A stretch of DNA of 58,561 nucleotides from Chromera velia (lineage: Eukaryota). Positions 46,296 to 58,179 of the stretch are shown piece after piece. Position 1 is the stretch's first letter; every line of letters starts with the position of its first letter. The stretch covers positions 1 through 58,561 of the forward strand of contig JAHBMJ010000061.1 in assembly GCA_018398765.1 (NCBI GenBank), given 5' to 3'. A program made the translations under genes and the position numbers. The notes under the pieces are model-generated. The model searched no databases and was not told the DNA's origin. It saw nothing but the letters and a program-made list of their open reading frames with translations.

Positions 46296-49200
46296 TCACT
46301 TTGCTCCTGCTGCTCCTTCCTTTCCCTTTTTTTCTTCTGCTTTGCCATCTTCGACCTTGTTCTCGTCCTTCTCTTTGTCCTCTTTCTCCTTCTCCTCCTT
46401 CTCCTTCTTTTCCTTCTCTTCCGCAGCCTTCCGCTGCTTCTCCTCCTGCAGGACGGACAGACACACAGGCAGGCAGGCAGGCGCAGAAAAGAAAGAGTGT
46501 CTAGAGAAAGCGTACAAACTATTCCAAAGGATCGATCGCATTCATCCATCTGTCATGAGAACATTTATGTTGTTATGATACAGAAAGACAGACTATACCA
46601 TCTTTTCTTTTTCTGTTTCTCTTTCTTCATACATACAGACAGACAGACAGACAGGTAGAGAGAGACCTGGGTTGACTTTCAGACTTTTCTTGACGGCACA
46701 TAATAGAAGAACGGAAACGAGAAGAGCATGAGAATGGAAGCATAACTGGGAGAGTAGACGGGGCACAGCATTTCCTTTGGTGTCTGACTCCTGCTCAGCA
46801 GCGACACGGGGGGAAGTTTTCGTGTTCGTTCTTTCTGTGAGTGCATCTCTTCGTCCTTGAAATCTGCAACCACTCTCTCTCTCTCAAAACCCACGCACCC
46901 ACCTCAGCCTCGAGTCTCTGCTTGTTGTCAACTTTGTTGGAGATCAGGTCGTGCATCGCAATCACAGACCGCACAACGGAGCCTGAAGGAAGGAAGGAAG
47001 GAAGGATGCATACATTTATTTTCATACAGAGGTCTTTTTCATGGGATGAAAATAAACGTATGAAAATAAACGTACGCAGTTACAGACCGCACAACGGAGC
47101 CTGAAGGAAGGGAGAAGGAGGGAAGACAGAAGGAGACAAGGAGGGAGGAAAGAAGGGCACGGAGGGGAACACAGCTCTTATCTTGCCGTGCCTGCTTCCC
47201 AAACGGGATTTTGGAGGGGAATGAAGAAAGAAAGAAAGAAAGGTAACACGTGTGCCTGTTTGTGTGTGAGAAAGGGCGGGGGAGAGAGACGACCCTTTGA
47301 TCGATCCTTTCATTTCATTCAGCCCTCTCAACTGCCCCTTTTCTTTCCTTCTGACAAGGCACACAAAGAAAGAAATGCATTAAGAGTCCTTCTGACAAGG
47401 GGCTCAACGAAAGAAATACATTCAGAGACCTTCTGACAAGGCACACAAAGAAAGAAATACATTCAGAGACCTTCTGACAGGGCACACAAAGAAAGAAATG
47501 CATTCAGAGACCTTCTGACAAGGCACACAAAGAAAGAAATACATTCAGAGACCTTCTGACAAGGCACACAAAGAAAGAAATACATTCAGTCAGAGAAAAC
47601 ATCAAACAACCAGGCAATCTCCGGCAGACAAAGCCACAAACCAATCCACCGACCGACCGACCGACTAACCGATATACATGGCCAGTTTCATGTCGTTGGT
47701 CTCCAACGCGAACGCCTGCCTCAACTGGTCCTCATCCAGGTCGGGCAGCAGGTTGAAGATATCCTGCAACAAAGAAAGAAAGAAAGAAAGAAAAAAAGAA
47801 GTGAAGCAGAAAGGAATCAAGCGACTGACAACACACATGGGAACCTGTGTATGTGCATGTCTTCGATCCTGTGTATGTGTATGTGCATGTGTCCATGTCT
47901 TCGATCCATCGATCGATCGTGACGGGACGGGACGGTAGGCTGGGAGGGAGAGAGAGATGCTTGGAGTCGACGAGCACCTCAGATGGGTGAACAGAAAGAG
48001 ACGGAAATATTCAGGAGAGGAGGGGATACTCAAAACGACACGACACGACACAGGATGCACCGTGGATGCAGCATGGATCGCTCGCTAGGGTGCATGTATG
48101 GATGAAGAGGCACCAACAACCATGCAACAGGTGCATGCCCGTGTTTGATCTGGTCGGTTTCCCGACTCCAGTCAGTCTCTCGATCTTTCTTTTGTTTTCT
48201 GTCTCTCATTCGTCCATTCGCACAGAGACACAGAGGCAGAGACACGCCGTGATATCGGAAGAGAGAGAGGGAGAGGGAGATCTTTTCGGTGCTCTCTGCG
48301 GACATTCGTTCACCTTCCTTACGGTTGACCTGAAAATTGTAGAGAATCTTCGGGTTGGCAGGCAGTTTCCCTGCATGCATGCATGCATGTGTGAGGATGA
48401 ATGGATATCTTTCATGTTTACACACACTTCTTTCATTTGATTCCTTCTTCCATTCGTTCGTTCATGTTCGTCGGTGATGGGGGCTTGCAACAGTCAACCG
48501 AATGAAGTCGGAAGGAAGAAAGACGGAAGGAAGGAAGGAAACAGATGTACCGATTAATGTACCCTGATGGACGGACAGACAGGTGAAGTAAGTGAGGAAG
48601 TAAAAACAAAAGGAAGAGAAAGCGTCTCGGAATTCCAAAAGGAAAAAGGAAAAGAGACGACATAACAGAGGAAAGAAACGGCAAATTGTGGGGCGATAAG
48701 AGATACCAGGAAAACATCCAGAAAGACACATGTGTACAACAACGCTCCCTCCCAGACTGTTTCCAACCCCCCACCCCTTCCCATCTCAGACAGACCTGCC
48801 AAAACGTCCCGAAGATACTCAGCCATCTCCTGAAGTTTCCCGACCAGCGCGTGCAGCGAAATCATTTTTTGTTGGACCTGAACAGAACAGGAGCAAGACG
48901 AGAGAAGGAGAAAAGGCAAAAGCCAAACATAGAGAAACAGGTCTGACAGACCAGCAGGGAGAGAAACAAAAGCAATGTAAGGGGCGGAGAGATACCCACG
49001 TACGCGCACGCTCGCTCGCTTTCTCTCGCTAACGCACATACGCAAGCACACATACACACACGCACACAAGCTCGTTATCATCTCCCGAATTGGAGCAAGC
49101 ATTCTCTCTCATGCTTTTTTCCACAGCACTTACAGACGGACTCTCTTCTGTTTCTGTCTGTGTTTGTTTCAGCCTTCGAAGAGACAACTGACTTCTTTCC

Positions 49201-50191
49201 AAAAAACGGAGAGGAGGCAAGAAGAGAAGATAAGAGAAAGAAGAAGCGAGAAGGGAAAGGAGAGAAGGGAAAGGAGACAGAAGGGAGGGGCGAGTCAAAG
49301 AGAGAGAGAGAGAGAGAAAGAAGAGCAGAGAGACAGAGAGACAGACAGACCCGCGTGCCCAACGTGAGAGTGGAGGCGTTCTTGATGTCCCGAAGCAGAT
49401 GCTCTACTCCGACCTCCTCAGCTTCAAACGCCTCTGCAATCATGCAATCAGGCAATCAGGCAGGCAGGGGTGAGTCTAAGCTGAAAGAAAGCCTTCGGGA
49501 CCGTTTCCCCGCGTTTCGTTCCTCTCGTTCGGTATTTAGTTGAGACCTCTCAAAGACAAAAGATTTCTCTCTTGGGAGTAGATCCATTCACAAACACGCC
49601 AGGCCCAGAGAGAGACAGACCGACAGACCGACCGATTGCAGAGGGTATGTGCACAAACGTCCGTCTGAAGAGTTTGTTTGAGGAAGGCTCCTCAAGGGAG
49701 AGGTAGGCATCTGTGGGGATTGTCTGGCCCTGCATGCATGCATGTAGACACTCTATCAATTCAATTCATGTGCATGCAAACATAATCAAAACATGCATGT
49801 GTATGTATGCATGTTCCTGTTCGGATTGTGTGGTCTGATGCCTGCATGAGGCAGCGCTGCGTTTGAGAACACAGGCAGGCACACAAATCAACGAAACGTA
49901 TATCCCTCTCTGCGCGCTTGTTCTCCCTCTGTTTGAACGGGTAGTCCGTATGTACTGCTTTCTTTCGTGGCCCGTCAGTCAGTCAGTCCATTCATTCATC
50001 CTGCCGCCGGCCCCAACAACCAACAGCGACGCTCTCAGTCAGACATGTGTTTTTGACCGACATACAAATCCACCGAGCCTGGAACAAAAAACATGACAAG
50101 CACCTGTGTTCCCCCCCCGCCCCCCGCAGAAGGCTCCCCACTTACCTTCGGTTTGACGTCCACAATCACGTAGACAGGCTGTGCACAGTAC

Positions 50192-50246
<55 letters not shown>

Positions 50247-51563
50247 CGGAGACTGACTATGTGGTTTAACCAGACATACTGGGACTCCATACATAAATGC
50301 GGATTTCTCCTTCCCGCTGCTTTCCCTCTGTCTCTTCCCTTCCCTCCCTTTCCCACTCACAGTAGAGATAAATGCGAAAAAAGAACATCAAATCGCCAGA
50401 CAGGGAGGCGCTTCCTTTCCTGCATTAGACCCCTCTCTTTTTTTTTTTTGCGTGCGTCAATCCCTCCATTAGACCCCTCTTTTTCTTTCTTTTTTTTTGC
50501 GTGCGTCAATTCCTCCATTAGACCCCTCTCTTTCTTTCTGTCTCTCTCTTCCTTCTTCTTTGCCTCACTCGCGGCCAAAAATTAGCGAAGGAGAGCGGGA
50601 GAGAGGAAAAAGGGCGGCTGCATGGGTTGAAGGACCCTCACACACCTCCCTCAAGAAAGAAGAAAGCAAGAGAAGAGAAGAGAAGGTAGCGAGTGCCCCA
50701 CCCACCCACCCGTGGATCTACTGATTGCCTGACCTTCGAAAGACCTCATGAATTTCCAAGTCGGCCGGTTTGATTTTCGGCCCTGTGCTGTACCATCCCA
50801 CCACGTTTTCCTTCACATTCACCTGCGGCAAGAATATTGGTCAGCCAGTCAAGAGCATTCTTGTGCTTCTCTCATGCAGAAGAAGTCAGTCTGCCAACAG
50901 ATCAACAAGGTGACCGACAGAACCAATCATGAACCCGCCCATGGACTTACACTACGTTCCACCTCGTCTGCCTGGATCAGTTCTGACATTCACCTCTGAT
51001 CCTTGCACTTAGTCCCTTCGACAGTCCCTTCACACACACACACACACTCACTGTCTCTCGGGTAGACGGCAAAAAAGTCATGGGCATCAATCTTCATGGT
51101 GACAGACTCACAAGTCCCCTGGCTGCCTTTCACTTTTCTTTCTAAAAGAAAAAGTGCGCGTGCGTCAATCTTTCCATTCGTTCTGCCCCCCTCCAACCCT
51201 TTCCTTGTCCTTGCTTTTCTGCAGTACACTGTCTGAAGCCTCTCTCCTTTCTTTTCCTCTTTAAACGATCTGCTCATTCCCTCCCCCCCGTACCTTTCTG
51301 AACATTGCGTACATTGACTCATGGTAGTTGTGGTCGAGGAACCAGATGGTGGGGTCTCTGATGTCCTCCTCGAAGGGAATTGCGAAAGCGTTCGTCACGT
51401 GGATGGAGCCCTGCTGGTACTCTCCCAGCAGCGTGCCCACCACCCTCTTATTGCTCCCCTGCGCCACACGGTTGTAGTGATCCACTACGGAGAGAAGGAC
51501 GAGGGGGTGCACCACCACCTGCTTGTCCGTCACAATGCCCTCCAGCTTCGTGGCAGACGACAT
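46296..51563 (-). CDS. RPN8: 26S proteasome lid subunit RPN8/PSMD7 (MPN domain), 343 aa
   Basis: Exons 51563-51294, 50822-50734, 50191-50146, 49729-49633, 49433-49351, 48877-48796, 48370-48330, 47763-47670, 46982-46903, 46445-46296 (1032 nt). Motifs [71 protein letters not shown] and a KEKE tail. Confidence 0.97.
47347..47589. repeat. ~41-bp tandem repeat x6 in an RPN8 intron
   Basis: Unit ccttctgacaaggcacacaaagaaagaaatacattcagaga. Confidence 0.9.
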
Positions 51564-52839
51564 CGCTCCCCCAATTTCTTGTGAAGCTCTATCACAGAAA
51601 GAAAAAAGAAAAAGAGAGAGGGCTATAGGATCAGTCGCCTTTGGAGCGAGCGTCGAGCGGTTCCTCCTTCCTCTCTACAGGGTTGGCTTCGAGATAGAAA
51701 TTTCAGTGGAAGCGCAGGGAGTTACCCAGGCAGACGGCCAGAGGGGTGCAGCAAGTCACGAAGGAAGGAGCTTTACCTCAATGTCTCCGAGGCCCCTCCA
51801 TTCATATTTCTCTTCAAATTCTTTTGCTTCTCCAAGGAGACAGATGGAGGAGACGCCCAACCTCGTTCTCTGTCTGGTTCTTCTTTCACTCAATCAGAGA
51901 AACAAAACGAACGGATAATTGAACTTTTCTGATGAGACCAATGAATAATCTAGACGGCTGCATGGCTTGACTGAGAGGTGGAAGGAGAGAATGTGACGAG
52001 GAGTTGAGTCGACACTGAGTCGATGGACAACTCCACCAAAAAGGGTCAAGGTGCGTGGGAATAGGTGGGATCGATCAGATCTTTTGAATTTTCGTGAAGG
52101 CGCAAACTGCGCGCGCGAGTGCGCGAGCAAGCATCTCGCTTGAATTGTTGCTATGTGGTTTTCCGTTTTTCTGGGGCCCCACTCAGACTTTTCAGCACGA
52201 TTGGCAATTTTCGGTTTATGGAGAAAAATTTTCTTGTGGTCTGGGGCCTCTTGAGCCATTCGTCACCCAAACGGTGCACCACTCCGTCTCCTTTCGAAGA
52301 GAAGAACGTGACGCTTCGAGAGCTAGTAGCTCAGTGTCCTGCAAGCCCGACACTGGTTGTATCGGCTATTAATACACCTCGGCAACAACTCAGACCGTTT
52401 ATTAGGCGTTTCACGACAAATTTCTCCCAAGAAGCTGTACAGCAGAAGGAAAACTTACGGAGACGAGCACAGATCAGATAACGCCGTCTCGTCCCGTCTC
52501 GCGCTCTGTCTTTTGTTCCTGTGTCGGTCTACTTGGGGCTCCAGCTAGACCTTCCTTTCTACCTTTTTGGACTTTTGTCATTCGATCTGCACCATCCATC
52601 CTTCAGGGAACTTCAGGGAAGGCAGGACAGCAAAGGGGGGAGAGGAAACAACCGGACGAACAGCCTCACTCCGTCTTTCTGCCGGAATTCGTTCGATCTC
52701 TTTGTGAGGGGAGCAAGCGAGGAAGCAGCCATTCTTCTCCCCTTTCTCCTTAGTCCTCTGCTGCATCTGAGTAGAACGGAGTAGGGGCTCGTGGACGGAA
52801 AGGTCCCGTGAGAGAGAACAAGACAGGCAGGCAGGCAGG
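51564..52839. promoter_or_regulatory. Probable bidirectional promoter and 5' UTRs of RPN8 and TIM44
   Basis: Divergent ATGs ~1.28 kb apart, no long microsatellites, GC-rich core at ~52100. Confidence 0.5.
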
Positions 52840-54031
52840 ATGCTTCCCAGCCGGCACATAGTGGCAGCTTCCCGTGCGGCCCTCCGATCCCTCAGCAGGG
52901 ACACGCGGACAGAGACGGTGCGGGCAGTGGGGGCGCTATCAGCAAGGCAACGTCCTGGTTCTTCTTCCAGCAGGGATGCACAGCGAGAGACGCGAGGGAG
53001 ACCACAATGGGTCCAGTCTCGTCGCATGTCGGGGGGGTTCTTCAAGAACGTGATGGACCAGGTGAGTGCGTCAGTCACTTCGTTAGTGCCTTGCTTGAAG
53101 TTATGCAACGAGTGAGGGCCTCGACTTACCCGCAATGGTCCAAGTGTTCTTCAGAGGGAAGGAAGAGGGTGGCACTTACCGTCTGCCGACGGTGCGCGCC
53201 TTGTCGACGCTCTGGCTTTCCTCTTGCCGACTTTGCTCTTCTGCTGGCTTCTTTGAGTGCCTCCTGCCTGTCCGAGCGAGTGAGTGTCGTTATGGGACTT
53301 GAAATGATTTTCTGGACCCTGAACTTGAGGACTTAAATTCATGTGAATGGAATGAGGGCACCCGGCCACGTCCAGAGAGACCATTCTTCTTTCAGATGAC
53401 GCTTCGTGAATACTTCGTTCGTTCCCTGTGCAGGTTAAGAAAGATTTGGAAACAAACGAGGGTCTACGGAAAGCTTATCAGGATTTGGAGAAATCGGGTG
53501 CAGACAAGAAGTTGGGCTCTTTCTCCCAAAGATTGGAAGAAAATGCAGAACAAGTCAGCGGGGGGGCGTGGCTGTCTCTTTCTGTCTGTCTTTCTTTCTT
53601 TCTTTCTGTCTGTCTGTCTTTCTTTCTTTCTTTCTTTCTTTCTTTTCTTTCTTTCTTTCTTTCTTTCTGGGCCTTCCTTCGTTCGTGCGCGCTGTATATT
53701 GGTTTCGTGTTCCTTGGAATTCTTGTCAGGTTGCTTCCATTACTCTGCCGCTCTGACATTCTGCTTGTCTATCTCCACTTTTTCTTTTTTGGTTACCGCC
53801 TTCCCTCGAACCGTCGCAATCCGGTCTTTCTCCCTCTCTTTTCCTCTTTCCTGTTGCCCTTTCTCTATTCTGATAGTCGTGCAAGAATTCTGTTGGAATT
53901 CCTTCCTGGGTTCTCTTTCTCTCTGTTTCCCTCCATCGTTTCCTTTCTTTTCCTTCAGTTGAAGGCCGGAGCATCTGCCACGGGAAAAACTTTGTCGGAC
54001 TTTGCGGAGAAAGTCAAGGAGGCGGCAGCAG

Positions 54032-54062
<31 letters not shown>

Positions 54063-56979
54063 GTGGGTTTGTGGGTGGTGGGTCTGTCTGGTGGGTTTGT
54101 GAGGGTTCCAAATTGGCTCTCTCTCTGTGCCTGTGCGTGTAACACGGGGGGGGGGAGAGGGGGGCGGCAGCAAGCGTATGCGTTTGTCTGTGTGGGTGCG
54201 TTTCCCTGTATTTAAGTGTACGTGTGTGAACATGTATCAATGTGTGTATACCTTTTTTCTTTCTTTTTCTTCTTTTTCCCCTTTCTGCCTTCAGGTCGGG
54301 GGGCGCATCGACAAGACCGATGCATGTATGGATTTATGCATACAGAATTCTTTTTCAGATTTTTATGCATACAAAATAATTCCATACATATTCTGCCTTC
54401 AGGTCGGGGGGCGCGTCGACAAGACCGTGGAGTCTTCCGAAGCTCTGAAGAGCGCGAGGGACGCGGCGATGGCGGGGGGGCGGGTGGTGGGGGGCGCAGT
54501 GGGGGCAGCGTTTTCGAGAATGCAGCAGGTGGCAGACGCTTTCAGAGACAATGAAGGACTGCAGTCAGTTAGTTCGGGCAGCTGCATGAGGAATGCATGA
54601 ACGCATTATGTTTTTGTTTGCATGGTCTTCATTATCCCTTCCTTCCTTCTTTCAAAGATGGCAGGTGCGGGCTCGTCACGCATTCCCTCCGGAGCGTTAA
54701 GTCTCGATGAGAGAGAGAGAGAGAGAGAGAGAACAGTTCTTTTCAGACGTCTTCTCTGTCAGGACGGCATTCTCCCTCCCTTTGATCCCTGAAGCACGAA
54801 TGACTGGAAGTTTCTGAAACACTTAGTACTCCTGAGGTCTGTCTGGGTCCGAGGTGCTTGGACTTCCGTGTTGTCAGTCGGCTGCCTTGGCTCGGGGGCG
54901 TGTGGAGAGAGTGAATGAAGAAAGCGGACCTTTTGAAGGCAGTCCGGCCGTGCCTGCCCCCTTTTTTATGTGGCCCTTCTGTTGCTTTGACTGTCCGCGT
55001 GAATTCTTCACGTCAGCTGATCTTGTCAACTTCCGTCCCCACCCCTGAGCCTGCAGAAAAGCGCAGCAAAAGACTGCGCAGTGGCGAGAGAAAATGGCAC
55101 AGAGACGGTCAGTGTGTAGGTGGAAGTTAGTAAGGGTGTGAAGGACAGATGTGTGGGTGTGATGGAGGTTGAGGGAGGAAAGGGAATGGGACCTGCGCAT
55201 ATGGTGCTGTTTCTTTGTTCCCCTCGGACGGATGGTTGCTTTTCGTCTGTCCGAAATCAGAAGAGAGGAAAGAAGAAAGGAGGAGAGGATCGAAGTCTTT
55301 TATTATCTTCTGTCAGTCTGTCTGGCCGTCTGCCTCCCCCAGTATTCTCTCTCTGACTGCCTGACTGACCGACGGACGGACTGTCTCCGCCTCTCGGTGT
55401 GTTTGCAGAGAGGAAGATACGTCGTCCTCATCTTCTTCTTCTTCTTCAGCGTCGCCATCCGGAGAGGAGGCAGGAGAGGCTGCTGGTGAGGGGGAGGGGA
55501 AGAAGGAGAAGACCAAAGAGGAGGTGCAGGAGGAAAACTTGGAAGAAACAGCAGCGGGGGGGGAGTATGCAGTGGTGCTGCACCATGACTCGGCATGGGA
55601 CAGGTCGGGAGGGGGGGGGTTGAAGGTGTGGGTGTTGGGGTGAGTGCCTTGGCTGGCTGCCTTGCCTGTTGGGGGAGTGCCTTGGTAGATCCCCTTTTGC
55701 GTGGGGTACGCGTGACAGCAAGCTGACAAAGTTGGCCTCATTCTCTTCTTTGCGGTCTTTTCTCGGGTCTGGACGTTTTGCTGGATGGATCACGCGGTCA
55801 TCTGTTTTGTGATCCTGTTCTCTCTGTTTCTCCTTCTGACTGAATGACTATTTGTCTGTCTATGACTGAATGACTATTTGTCTGTCTATCTCGTTCTCGG
55901 GAGGCAAAGGTCGCGAAGGTGTTTTTTATCTGACTTTCTCTCTTTTCTTCCCTTTCCCCTCCCCTCCTCTGTTGCACGCACGCAGGTTTGGGTCCCGACT
56001 GAGAGACATGCCGTTCTTGCATTCATTCTTTGGTCAGTCAGTCAATGGGGGCACTGGCAGTGAGAAGGAGTGAGGGGGTGACAGGGGCATCCTCAGAAAG
56101 ATTTCGTTGGGGGAATGGATGGAAAAAGGGAGTCAGACTCACATGAGCCGACTAAGCCCAGGGATTCCTTCCCGCAGAGAGTGAGTGTTGGCATCGTCTG
56201 TCTGTTGCTCTGTCTCATGTGCGCATGGAGGGAAAGCAGATTGAAATAAAAGAGAAAATGATCACGCAGATCGTTAAAGGATGTCACTTCTCGGAAAGAA
56301 TCATTCATGACACACTGACTCTCCGCTTACCTGTCTACCCCCCCCCCTGGTCTGCTCCTCATCCATCCATCCATCGATCCATGCAGAGAATCCTGTGTTC
56401 GGAAAGTTCTTTGGGGAGACGGAGCTGGCAGTCGCCATCAAGGAGCAAAAGAAAATTGACCCCTCATTCCGGTCAGTCAGTCAGTGCGTGCGTCAGTCAG
56501 TCACTCTGTCAGTCAGTGAGTCAGTCAGTCAGTCAGTGCGTGCGTCAGTCAGTCACTCTGTCAGTCAGTGAGTCAGTCAGTCAGTGCGTCCGTCAGTCCG
56601 TCAGTCAGTCACTCTGTCAGTCAGTGAGTCAGTCAGTCAGTGCGTCCGTCAGTCCGTCAGTCAGTCAGTCAGTCAGTCAGTCAGATTGGGTTTCCTGCCT
56701 CGCTGTCACAGTCCCCCATGCAGTTGATGTCCATGCCACGTTTTGCTTCCTTAAATTGTGCGTGGGGGGTCCGTGCATGGGGGTGGGTGTGGACAAAGAA
56801 ACAAGGGGCGCCGAACCTGATCGACCCTTTGTTCAAACGTGCCTTTCCAACCAAACGACTGACTCACTCTCTCACACATTGACTTGACGTGAGGGGGGGG
56901 GGGGACGAGCATTGAGACAGACAAAACACAGGGGGTTCGTTTTGTTTCACCAGGGTCCGAAGATCTGTCTATCTCTCTT

Positions 56980-57010
<31 letters not shown>

Positions 57011-58179
57011 CGTTCCTGCCTGCCTGCCTTTGTGCCACTTGAATGGATCGAGAGAGTTGCATGGAGGGATCGATGCAGGTTGGCGGACTTCGCGGAGGAA
57101 GTTGAGCACGTCATTGCCCCCAAACTCGTTTCAGCCTTTTTGGAAGGGGACGCCGACTTCATCAAATTGGTCGGTCGGTCGGTCACTCAGTCAGTCGGTT
57201 GTCTTTTTTCTTTTTTTTTTTTCTTCAAAGGGACGCCGACTTCATCAAATTGGTCGGTCAGTCGGTTGTTGAGGATGATGGATAAATGGATGTTTCTTTT
57301 GTTTGTGGAAGGAGAACGTTTTGTTGGGAGCCTTGGTTTTCTTCCACGCGTCCTATTCTGCGAATGAAAGAGATGCATGTGCCTTCCTTTCTTCCTTCCG
57401 GTGTGGATGGAGGAATCATTGGCACTCTTTCTGCCTGCCTTTCTTCCTTCCGGTGTGGATGGAGGAATCATTGGCACTCTTTCTGCCTTCCTTTCTTCCT
57501 TCCGGTGTGGATGGAGGAATCATTGGCACTCTTTCTGCCTTCCTTTCTTCCTTCCGGTGTGGATGGAGGAATCATTGGCACTCTTTCTGCGTTGGAGGAA
57601 GGGGGGCTGTCTACACGGAGTCCTCTTTTCCTGCTTTTGAAGGGGGGGGGGTCTGGTCGAACGGCGTCTCCCCCCCGAGTTTCTTTTTTGTAAACTCGAT
57701 CGATCGATCGATCGATCAATATTAATCTGCATGCGTCTCTCTTGATGATCCGTTCGTCCATGAGCTGTCCTTTCCTTTCTTCTGCATCGTTCGGAGCTTC
57801 TCTTCCTTGCTTCCTTCCAACAGCTTCCCTCCCTCCCTCCCGACTGAACTCTTGGCGGCTCCCTTTTTGACCCGCGCTCCTTTTCTTTAGCTATCATCAC
57901 CGTGTGTGTTTTGTTCGCATTGAGTTTTGCCATTCGACTTGTTCCAGAAACATGAGAATATGTTTTGTTTCTGCGCTTTCTGCAGCACTGCGGTGAGGTC
58001 GCCTACGCCTTTACTTTAATTCATACAGAATTTTTTAAAAAAAGTTTTGTTTCTGCGCTTTCTGCAGCACTGCGGTGAGATCGCCTACGCCACCTGTTTC
58101 GCCTCCATTCGGGAACGGCAGGCCCAGCGTCTGACCCTGGACCCAAATATTTTGTTGATGAGGAATGTGCAGCTGAAGG
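52840..58179 (+). CDS. TIM44: Mitochondrial import inner-membrane translocase subunit TIM44 (3' end beyond the window)
   Basis: Exons 52840-53061, 53434-53553, 53959-54033, 54403-54563, 55057-55107, 55409-55603, 55986-56032, 56387-56471, 57079-57169, 58068-58179, phases consistent. R/S-rich presequence ending RRMS-GGFF; FGETELAVAIKEQKKIDPSF..F..EVE..IAP.LV.AFLEGD...IKLHCGE.AY...IRER...LDPNIL is the Tim44 domain. Confidence 0.92.
57381..57589. repeat. ~52-bp tandem repeat x4 in a TIM44 intron
   Basis: Unit gccttcctttcttccttccggtgtggatggaggaatcattggcactctttct. Confidence 0.9.

Noticed and set aside
47021..47031. Similarity of ATACAGAG to the U6 snRNA ACAGAGA box
   Set aside because: Only 7-8 nt match and no other U6 sequence is present; insufficient to claim a U6 origin for the inserts.
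47347..47589. CRISPR-like appearance of the regular repeats here and at 2029, 28718 and 57381
   Set aside because: Units are contiguous with no unique spacers, there are no cas genes, and the context is eukaryotic introns.
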